DNA of 14,887 nt. Origin: a virus (Duplodnaviria > Heunggongvirae > Uroviricota > Caudoviricetes). Position numbers and translations under genes: made by a program. The stretch is from the IMG/VR virus record IMGVR_UViG_3300012269_000002, positions 146,407 to 161,293 of that record, one strand, 5' to 3'. Below the pieces are notes generated by a model, which was not told where the DNA came from, searched no databases, and was given only the letters and a program-made list of their open reading frames with translations. Below, piece by piece: positions 7,635-13,717 of the stretch (the stretch's first letter is position 1; every line of letters begins with the position of its first letter).

Positions 7635-7717
7635 GCCTAATTGCCAGAGTGGCCGAATGGGGCGGTCTGCAAAACCGCTAGAGAAATCTCACGTTGGTTC
7701 GAATCCAACATTAGGCT
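7635..7717 (+). tRNA. tRNA-Cys(GCA) with long variable arm
   Basis: Acceptor gcctaat/attaggc, anticodon arm gcggt-ctGCAaa-accgc, T arm gttgg-ttcgaat-ccaac, U73 discriminator, variable hairpin gaga-aa-tctc; no encoded CCA. Confidence 0.85.
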
Positions 7718-7730
7718 CAAATAGTGAAAT

Positions 7731-7805
7731 ACCTTTATAGCTCAGTTGGTTTAGAGCAACATTTTTACAAGGTGAAGGTCGGGGGTTCGACTCCCTCTAA
7801 AGGTA
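7731..7805 (+). tRNA. tRNA-Val(TAC), weak anticodon stem
   Basis: Acceptor accttta/taaaggt, D arm gctc/gagc, loop ttTACaa, T loop ttcgact. The anticodon stem has two G-U pairs and one mismatch. Confidence 0.8.
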
Positions 7806-7811
7806 CAAATT

Positions 7812-7897
7812 GGGCCAGTGGTGGAACTGGTAGACACGCAGGGTTTAAGCCCCTGTGCTCCGTAAGGGGCGTGAGGGTTCGAATCCCTCTTGGCCCA
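7812..7897 (+). tRNA. tRNA-Leu(TAA)
   Basis: Acceptor gggccag/ttggccc, caggg-ttTAAgc-ccctg, long variable arm, gaggg-ttcgaat-ccctc, A73. Confidence 0.92.
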
Positions 7898-7903
7898 CAA
7901 ATT

Positions 7904-7947
7904 GCCCCTATAGTGTAATAAAACCATGCATAAAGCATTAGTTCGAG
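7904..7947 (+). pseudogene. Degenerate tRNA 5' fragment; matching 3' acceptor strand at 8646-8652, at the far end of the endonuclease gene
   Basis: gccccta-ta-gtgtaa... and gttcgag remnant; tgggggt-acaaa at 8646-8657 is complementary to gccccta and carries the acaaa trailer seen after most tRNAs here. Confidence 0.5.
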
Positions 7948-7969
7948 TATTTATAATTAAAAATATAAT

Positions 7970-8662
7970 ATGAAAAATTGTGAAAATTGCGATAAATTAC
8001 AAAATAGTTCTTATGGTTCTGGGAGGTTTTGTGATTCTAAATGCGCTAGAGGTTTCTCAACTAAAAATAAACGAGGTGAAATTAATAAAAAGATTAGTAA
8101 AACCTTAACAAGAGAAGACTCTTTATTCAATAGAAAATGTAGATTTTGTAGTGAAGAATATAAGAGTTATAAAAATAAAAATGTTTTATATTGTAGTAAT
8201 AAATGTAGGGCTAAATATAACTGGAGTGATGAAGACTACCGAAAGCGTCAGATAGCCATTATTAGAGAGCGATGTGATAATGATGAAGAGAGAGAACGAC
8301 TTAAGGAAATAGGTAGAAAAGGTGGTTTTGGTAAAAAGGGATATACTAAAAATGGTGTTTATTTTGAATCTAATTTTGAAAAAAAATGTTTTGAGTTTTT
8401 AGATTCAAAATCAATTAAATTTATACCACATAAACCAATACCTAATTCTAGTAAAATTAGTGATGTTTATTTAAATGATTTTGAATTATGGATTGAATTA
8501 GATGGGGTTGATAGAGAAAAGAGAAAAAAATGGTTAGGTGAAAATTATAAGTATTGGTTAAATAAATTAGAAATATATAAAAGAGAGGGGATAAATGTAA
8601 AAATAATTAAAACTTATGATGAGTTTGTTAGATTTATAATAAAATTGGGGGTACAAAATTAA
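7970..8662 (+). CDS. Zinc-finger + PD-(D/E)XK (Vsr/DUF559-like) putative homing endonuclease
   Basis: CENC...GSGRFCDSKC and CRFC...YCSNKC fingers; FESNFEKKCFEFL...SDVYL...WIELDG nuclease core; located inside the tRNA array. Confidence 0.75.
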   Translation: MKNCENCDKLQNSSYGSGRFCDSKCARGFSTKNKRGEINKKISKTLTREDSLFNRKCRFCSEEYKSYKNKNVLYCSNKCRAKYNWSDEDYRKRQIAIIRERCDNDEERERLKEIGRKGGFGKKGYTKNGVYFESNFEKKCFEFLDSKSIKFIPHKPIPNSSKISDVYLNDFELWIELDGVDREKRKKWLGENYKYWLNKLEIYKREGINVKIIKTYDEFVRFIIKLGVQN

Positions 8663-8721
8663 TGATTATGTATGTAAAAATTTACGGTTTTGGTTAGTGC
8701 AAATAAAAGCACATCAAAACT

Positions 8722-8895
8722 ATGGGAAGACACAAAATAATTGTCGAAAACACAACAGATAGTCGTGTGTATAAAATGACTATGAGAAAAGTACATTTAC
8801 ACTGTGATTTTTGTCCACCTAATAAAGGGTGTAATGGAAAGAAATATGGTATAGATGATAACTGGAAGAATTATAAAAATAAACAGTGGGGTTAA
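8722..8895 (+). CDS. Small Cys-containing hypothetical protein, 57 aa
   Basis: Not in ORF track. MGRHKIIVENTTDSRVYKMTMRKVHLHCDFCPPNKGCNGKKYGIDDNWKNYKNKQWG contains H-x-H-C-x-x-C-P-P...C, a possible metal site. Confidence 0.65.
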   Translation: MGRHKIIVENTTDSRVYKMTMRKVHLHCDFCPPNKGCNGKKYGIDDNWKNYKNKQWG

Positions 8896-8907
8896 CCCCC
8901 ACAAATT

Positions 8908-8993
8908 GCCCTAGTGGTGGAACTGGTAGACACACAGGGTTTAAGCCCCTGTGCCTCGTAAGGGGCGTGAGGGTTCGACTCCCTTCTGGCCCA
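8908..8993 (+). tRNA. Second tRNA-Leu(TAA) copy with mismatched acceptor stem (possible pseudo-tRNA)
   Basis: Near-duplicate of 7812-7897, but the 5' strand is gccctag against 3' ctggccc (two C-C mismatches). Confidence 0.65.
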
Positions 8994-9001
8994 CATATTA
9001 T

Positions 9002-9027
9002 GGCTTAGTGGTGGAATGGTAGACACG
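9002..9027 (+). pseudogene. 5' fragment of a tRNA-Leu (acceptor strand + D arm)
   Basis: ggcttag-tg-gtgg-aatggtaga-cac-g, then abruptly non-tRNA sequence; can pair (with 3 G-U) to ctaggtt at 9663-9669. Confidence 0.6.
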
Positions 9028-9035
9028 TTTAAAAT

Positions 9036-9118
9036 AGCTCAGTGGGTAAAAAAGCGAACGGCAGAGCATTGGTCCTTAGAAGGCCAGACCTTTAAGGGTT
9101 CGAATCCCTTCTGAGTTA
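9036..9118 (+). tRNA. Atypical tRNA-Leu(TAG)-like gene
   Basis: Acceptor agctcag/ctgagtt, tggtc-ctTAGaa-ggcca, aaggg-ttcgaat-ccctt. It has an extra ~9-nt A-rich insert before the D arm and only a ~7-nt variable region. Confidence 0.55.
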
Positions 9119-9172
9119 CAAATTATTATACACTAAAGTAGCCTTTCATTAATGTGTACCGTATTTATTAAT

Positions 9173-9622
9173 ATGAGAATAGATATATTAGAAAGAAAAG
9201 ATGAAATTAATGGGTGGATTGATATTAATCAATCTAAAGCGTTTATATGTAGAGAATTAAAGTGTAAACCAGAAACATTAAATTCTTATTTAGATAAAAT
9301 GGGTATTATTTATGGTGGTAATAAAGGTGGTAAAAATATTAAAATTAGTAACGATAGAAAAACAGCTCTAGAATATTCAAAGTCAACATGTGTTAAAAGT
9401 AATTTATTAAAAAATAAGTTAATAGAAGATAATGTAAAAAAACATAAATGTGAAAATTGTGACTTACATATGTGGATGGGTAAATTAATACCTATAGAAT
9501 TACACCACATTGATGGTAATAAATATAACAATAAATTTACTAATTTACAGATTTTATGTCCTAATTGTCATTCATTAACAGAAAATAATTCTGGTAAAAA
9601 TAAAGGAAACTATAATAAATAA
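9173..9622 (+). CDS. HNH endonuclease (start probably 9173 rather than 9152)
   Basis: KCENC...IELHHIDGNKYNNKFTNLQILCPNCH motif; TATTTATT at 9162-9169 precedes ATG 9173. Confidence 0.9.
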   Translation: MRIDILERKDEINGWIDINQSKAFICRELKCKPETLNSYLDKMGIIYGGNKGGKNIKISNDRKTALEYSKSTCVKSNLLKNKLIEDNVKKHKCENCDLHMWMGKLIPIELHHIDGNKYNNKFTNLQILCPNCHSLTENNSGKNKGNYNK

Positions 9623-9670
9623 GAAACCAATGCTCGAAAGGGCGTGTGAGTTCGAATCTCACCTAGGTTA
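9620..9670 (+). pseudogene. 3' half of a tRNA-Leu starting in the anticodon loop, overlapping the HNH stop codon
   Basis: taagaa-accaa-long variable arm (gctc-gaaa-gggc)-gtgag-ttcgaat-ctcac-ctaggtt-a-caaa. Confidence 0.7.
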
Positions 9671-9700
9671 CAAAGGATGATTACAGCAAAAGAAAACGGA

Positions 9701-9774
9701 TAAAAAAGCGAATGGCAGAGCATTGGTCCTAAGAAGGCCAGACCTTTAAGGGTTCGAATCCCTTCTGAGTTACA
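9701..9774 (+). repeat. 74-bp copy of 9047-9120 (5'-truncated Leu-like tRNA, anticodon AAG)
   Basis: Identical to 9047-9120 except two positions, one of which is the wobble base (T9077 vs A9731); the acceptor 5' strand is missing. Confidence 0.9.
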
Positions 9775-9776
9775 TT

Positions 9777-9804
9777 AAAAGGTTGGTATTTACCAGCCTT
9801 TTTT
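9777..9804 (+). terminator. Intrinsic terminator closing tRNA array 1
   Basis: aaaaggttggt-attt-accagcctttttt hairpin with U-tract. Confidence 0.85.
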
Positions 9805-9833
9805 GTTTTATAAAGTATTTATAAATAAAACAA

Positions 9834-10247
9834 ATGCAGTTAAGTATAATGAAAAATATGGAAGCCGCTGAATACCACGGTTCCGAATTTGGACAGGATG
9901 TGGAACCTAAGGGTACATATGTGTTAGAATGGGACCGAAACATCAAACTATTTCCAGGTTGGATAGGTGGTATGGCCAATTTAACCAAACCATTATACAT
10001 TGACTTAGATGAATACAATAACCCAATTGACTATAAGATGGATTTATCCACTAAATTTAAGGCAAAGGGTGCAAATTTAACTAAAAAATTAATGTCACAA
10101 GGTTATGATTCAATTATAACTAGAGATAAAAAGTATGGCACTGGGGAAATAGTATTATTTCCTAATTCAAAATTTATGTTGGATATAGGTGAGGGTAAAT
10201 CAATAATTATAAAATTGCTCAAAGAATCTAATTTATATGAAAGATAA
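9834..10247 (+). CDS. Small ADP-ribosyltransferase-fold protein (ART-PolyVal-like pattern)
   Basis: YHGS...GTYV...KPLYIDL...LMSQGYDSII...GEIVLF pattern; TATTTATA at 9816-9823 upstream. Confidence 0.55.
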   Translation: MQLSIMKNMEAAEYHGSEFGQDVEPKGTYVLEWDRNIKLFPGWIGGMANLTKPLYIDLDEYNNPIDYKMDLSTKFKAKGANLTKKLMSQGYDSIITRDKKYGTGEIVLFPNSKFMLDIGEGKSIIIKLLKESNLYER

Positions 10248-10905
10248 TATAAAAAAGTTACTAAGTGAATCCTTGGTTTTTGAAGTACTAGAAAACATGA
10301 TAGGTGAAGATTACCCATCTAGCTTTAATATGGATGAGTTTAAAAAACTAAACTCTTTTAATGCTAGGATAAGATATTGTCAAGAAAATTTACAAAGAAT
10401 ATCATCTGGTTCTGGTAGGATAGTTTATAAAATAGATGATGAAAAAGTTTTAAAGTTAGCCAAAAATAAAAAAGGTGTCGCTCAAAACGAAATAGAAATA
10501 TCACACTCACAATATCACGATATAGAAGATGTGGTTGCACAAGTATTCGATTATCATCCACAAGACTTATGGTCGGAAATGGAGTTAGCAAGAAAAGTTA
10601 GACTTAATGACTTTAAACGTATAACTGGTTTTAGTTTTGAGGATTATTCTTCGGTACTTCTTAGTTATAGTGATAGGGATAAACCTAGACCCACATATCC
10701 TAAGGTAGACCCAGAATTATCTGATGCCATGTGGGACGATGAGTTTGTTAGCGGTATTTTGGATTATGTGGGTAATTACGACTTACCCGTTGGCGATTTA
10801 GTTAGATTAAATTCATATGGTATTGTACAAAGAAATGGTGAAGATACTATTGTAATAATAGATTATGGATTAGATAAAAATACATATACCTCATATTATT
10901 CTTAA
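10237..10905 (+). CDS. Protein-kinase-like fold protein
   Basis: Gly loop SGSGRIVY, VLK lysine, QNEIE helix-C Glu, GDLVRLNSYG catalytic loop, IIDYGL (DFG-like). Confidence 0.8.
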   Translation: MKDNIKKLLSESLVFEVLENMIGEDYPSSFNMDEFKKLNSFNARIRYCQENLQRISSGSGRIVYKIDDEKVLKLAKNKKGVAQNEIEISHSQYHDIEDVVAQVFDYHPQDLWSEMELARKVRLNDFKRITGFSFEDYSSVLLSYSDRDKPRPTYPKVDPELSDAMWDDEFVSGILDYVGNYDLPVGDLVRLNSYGIVQRNGEDTIVIIDYGLDKNTYTSYYS

Positions 10906-10909
10906 AAAT

Positions 10910-11476
10910 ATGAAACAGCTATCAGAAACAAAAACATTAATTAAAAAGTTAATCAGGGAAAACCTGTCAAACGATTGTGACTGTTGTAAGTACTTTGATA
11001 TGAACACAGTAAACGATTATATTGAAATTGAAAAACCACTTTACTCCATTGTGGCTAAAAGAAGGGTTGGTATCATTGAATACATATCACCAAAACAATA
11101 CATATATAGAATAGCAAACGGTTTCGGAATATCTTATGAGGATGCCTTAGGTGGTGGTTATGATAAGGAAAGAGCTGCTAAGTATGCCGAGAGAATGAGA
11201 AACGGTGAGAAGGCCCCAGTTGGTTTCTACACTCACGATAACTCAAGTCAGGAAGGTAGACACAGAGCTATGGCGGCAATGATGAACGATTGTAGTCTTA
11301 TTCCAGTTGTTAAGATTAAACACTTGAACAATGATGAGTTCTTAGAATATGTAAACCAGTTCAAGGACATGGACTATGACGAATTAAACCAAGACTTCAT
11401 GGCGGTTGGGTATCCAAACGGTATAAGTAAGCTGGGTTACAATGACTTAAAACGTTTCGTAGAGTACAATATGTAA
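10910..11476 (+). CDS. ParB/Srx-like N-terminal domain protein
   Basis: KAPVGF...QEGRHRAMAA...IPV matches the ParB-N (D/E)GxHR motif. Confidence 0.65.
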   Translation: MKQLSETKTLIKKLIRENLSNDCDCCKYFDMNTVNDYIEIEKPLYSIVAKRRVGIIEYISPKQYIYRIANGFGISYEDALGGGYDKERAAKYAERMRNGEKAPVGFYTHDNSSQEGRHRAMAAMMNDCSLIPVVKIKHLNNDEFLEYVNQFKDMDYDELNQDFMAVGYPNGISKLGYNDLKRFVEYNM

Positions 11477-11565
11477 AAACTTTATTCAAAATTATTTGGT
11501 TTTACCGTTTATTTAACGGAGCGTAAAACCCACCCATCGTTTTTACGTGGGTGGGATGTAAGCGA

Positions 11566-11976
11566 CTAACCCTGATTAAGGATATACTCACGAATAGTAT
11601 CAGGTGATGCTTCACCTATTGAACAAACGAAATACCCATCACTCCAAAACATATCTTTGTACCAATATTCTTTACGAAGTGATGTAGAGTGTAACAACCA
11701 TATTTGACGAGTAGATTCTTGTTTTAACCTACGAACTAATTGTGAAACAGACAAACGAGGAATGTATTGAATTAAGAAATGGATATGGTCAATATCAGAC
11801 TCCATTACCTCAATTTCAAAATCCGAATTATCAGCTATTGATTGAAATATTTGTTTAATATCATTATTTAATTGACCTATAAGTAACTTTTTACGATACT
11901 TGCAGACAAAGATTAAATGACATTTTAAGTAATGTTTAGAGCGATTTGTACTGATGTAATTAGATTTTTTAGACAT
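11566..11976 (-). CDS. tnpA: Y1 HUH transposase
   Basis: HLIFVCKYRK, DHIHFL (HUH), FWSDGYF, IREYILNQG (catalytic Tyr). Confidence 0.97.
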   Translation of the reverse strand: MSKKSNYISTNRSKHYLKCHLIFVCKYRKKLLIGQLNNDIKQIFQSIADNSDFEIEVMESDIDHIHFLIQYIPRLSVSQLVRRLKQESTRQIWLLHSTSLRKEYWYKDMFWSDGYFVCSIGEASPDTIREYILNQG

Positions 11977-12092
11977 ACGAAGTAATTTTTTTTGTAAGTG
12001 TTTCTCAAAATGAATGGAAACACTTACAAAAAAATTGCGTAATTGTAAAAATAATTGTATCTTTACAAAATATTAGACTATTTAATAATAGA

Positions 12093-13295
12093 ATGAAGTT
12101 AATACATAAGTCATATAAGTTTAGAATTTCTCCTGACAATGAGCAGAAGATACTTCTCTCCAAACATTTTGGAGCAACTCGATTTGTGTTTAATCGTTAC
12201 CTGAATAGTAGAAAAGAAACTTATCTTGAAGAAAAGAAATCACTTAACTACTATGATAATGCGAATGACTTAACAAAACTTAAAAAAGAAGAAGAGTTTG
12301 TTTGGTTGAAGGAAATCAATAGTCAAAGTTTACAATCTTCTTTGAGAAATCTTGATACGGCTTACAATAAATTTTTCAGAAAGCAAACCCAGTTCCCAAG
12401 ATTTAAAAGCAAATACGACAAGCAAAGTTTTACCATACCTCAATCAGTATCTATTGAAGAGGGTAAATTGTGTATTCCTAAATTTAATAAAGGAATTGAT
12501 ATTAATATTCACAGAGAAATTGAAGGCAAACTTCTATTCGCCACAATATCTAAATCAACAACAGGGAATTACTATGTGAGTATAACCTGTGAGGTAGAAT
12601 ATACACCATTTGAAAAAACAAACTCAAAGGTTGGTATTGATACAGGGATTAAGGATTTGGCAATACTTTCAGATGGCAAGGTGTATGAGAATATTAAAAC
12701 ACTCAAAGCCAATTTAAAGACTTTAAAATACGAACAAAGACAATTATCTAAAAAAACAAAGGGAAGCAATTCCAGATTAAAACAAAAATCAAAACTTGCA
12801 AGAGTACACGAAAAAGTAACCAATATCAGGAAAGACTATTTGCATAAGGTCAGTACAGAAATCATCAAAAATCACGATGTAATTTGTATTGAAGATTTAG
12901 CTGTTAAGAATATGATGAAGAATCATAAGTTGGCACAAGCATTTTCTGATGTTTCGTTGGGTACTTTTTACACAATGCTTGAATATAAAGCTAATTGGAA
13001 TGATAAAGTAGTTGTTAAAATTGACAGATTCTTTCCGAGTAGCAAAAACTGCAACGTGTGTAATTACATTAACCAAGACCTAACTCTAAAAGATAGAGAA
13101 TGGACTTGTCTAAGTTGTAATACAATACACGACAGAGATTTTAACGCAAGCATTAATATTAAAAAACAAGGTTTAAAAATACTATCTGGTTCAGGAACTG
13201 ACTCGGATATAAAACAAAAACGGAGTAAGGCGTTGCCATTAGGTGAGTCTATGACCTCCGAAGCCCATCCCATGGGCTCTGCCGTGGGTGGGTAG
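12093..13295 (+). CDS. tnpB: TnpB RNA-guided endonuclease
   Basis: HTH start YKFRISPDNEQ, RuvC-I GIDTG, RuvC-II IEDL, Zn finger CNVC...CLSC, RuvC-III DRDFNASINI; all catalytic acids present. Confidence 0.97.
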   Translation: MKLIHKSYKFRISPDNEQKILLSKHFGATRFVFNRYLNSRKETYLEEKKSLNYYDNANDLTKLKKEEEFVWLKEINSQSLQSSLRNLDTAYNKFFRKQTQFPRFKSKYDKQSFTIPQSVSIEEGKLCIPKFNKGIDINIHREIEGKLLFATISKSTTGNYYVSITCEVEYTPFEKTNSKVGIDTGIKDLAILSDGKVYENIKTLKANLKTLKYEQRQLSKKTKGSNSRLKQKSKLARVHEKVTNIRKDYLHKVSTEIIKNHDVICIEDLAVKNMMKNHKLAQAFSDVSLGTFYTMLEYKANWNDKVVVKIDRFFPSSKNCNVCNYINQDLTLKDREWTCLSCNTIHDRDFNASINIKKQGLKILSGSGTDSDIKQKRSKALPLGESMTSEAHPMGSAVGG

Positions 13296-13320
13296 TTCAC
13301 TAGAGCATTGAAACAAATTA
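13150..13320 (+). ncRNA. Predicted TnpB omegaRNA (scaffold overlapping the tnpB 3' end and right end; guide = flank 13301-13320); 5' boundary approximate
   Basis: Established architecture of IS605 TnpB loci; right-end hairpin and TCAC terminus visible. Confidence 0.6.
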
Positions 13321-13339
13321 AAAATAATTTCAAAAAAGC

Positions 13340-13420
13340 TTGATTATTACATTTTAATGTAGTATATTTGCAGTGTATTAAAAAATAAATGTACTTTTAA
13401 AGAAAAAGCACATATTTAAT
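13340..13420 (+). promoter_or_regulatory. Promoter region of tRNA array 2: Bacteroidota-type promoter plus TATTTAAT motif
   Basis: TTG 13340-13342, N20, TATATTTG 13363-13370; TATTTAAT 13413-13420. Confidence 0.8.
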
Positions 13421-13464
13421 TAAAAAGGATATTAATATCCATTAACGAATAAATAATAGAAATT

Positions 13465-13554
13465 ATGAAAACATTTAACAACATATTTGATTTTGCTATA
13501 GAAGCAGCCGAGGCGGATTTTAGCCTGGGGAGGTCGAGTATTGATAAAAGTTAA
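13465..13554 (+). CDS. Putative attenuator leader peptide 2 (Phe/Ala/Glu/Asp-rich), 29 aa
   Basis: MKTFNNIFDFAIEAAEADFSLGRSSIDKS; lies between the promoter and a terminator preceding tRNA-Ala/Phe/Phe/Glu. Confidence 0.75.
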   Translation: MKTFNNIFDFAIEAAEADFSLGRSSIDKS

Positions 13555-13585
13555 GTGTTCTAAAAAAACTAAATAACTAATTAAT

Positions 13586-13614
13586 AAACTCGATAGAAAT
13601 ATCGAGTTTTTTTT
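13586..13614 (+). terminator. Intrinsic terminator (attenuator) before tRNA array 2
   Basis: aaactcgata-gaaa-tatcgagttt plus U-tract. Confidence 0.9.
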
Positions 13615-13629
13615 GTTTTAATAATTAAT

Positions 13630-13702
13630 GGGGCTATAGTTTAATTGGCTAAAATAGGGGTTTTGCAAATCCCAGTCCTGAGTTCGATTCTCAGTAGCTC
13701 CA
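13630..13702 (+). tRNA. tRNA-Ala(TGC)
   Basis: Acceptor ggggcta/tagctcc with G3-U70, loop ttTGCaa, ctgag-ttcgatt-ctcag. Confidence 0.92.
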
Positions 13703-13717
13703 CTAAAGTAATAAATT

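Larger units (their letters stand above)
11513..13300. mobile_element. IS200/IS605-family element, IS605-type (divergent tnpA and tnpB), about 1.79 kb
   Basis: Left-end hairpin cccaccca...tgggtggg (11529-11555); right end GAAG-cccatccc...gtgggtgggtag-TTCAC ending at 13300. The left boundary after TTTAT (11508-11512) is inferred from guide/cleavage-site pairing rules. Confidence 0.88.

Noticed and set aside
7724-7918. 64-aa ORF from the track
   Set aside because: Lies entirely over tRNA-Val and tRNA-Leu; a by-product of GC-rich tRNA sequence.
9002-9670. Group I intron in tRNA-Leu
   Set aside because: No recognisable P7/catalytic core or terminal G at the junction, and the 5' half stops before the anticodon stem. 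An Infernal scan would settle it.
9675-9700. ggatgattacagcaaa segment replacing the 5' end of the duplicated Leu-like tRNA, as a possible ncRNA start
   Set aside because: Single short occurrence with no complementary partner found in the window; cannot be supported.
3172-13333. Other short overlapping ORFs (3172-3375, 6495-6701, 9310-9531, 9770-10018, 10103-10318, 10364-10591, 12352-12579, 12572-12823, 13064-13333)
   Set aside because: Overlap better-supported genes in another frame or strand, with no motifs or start context.
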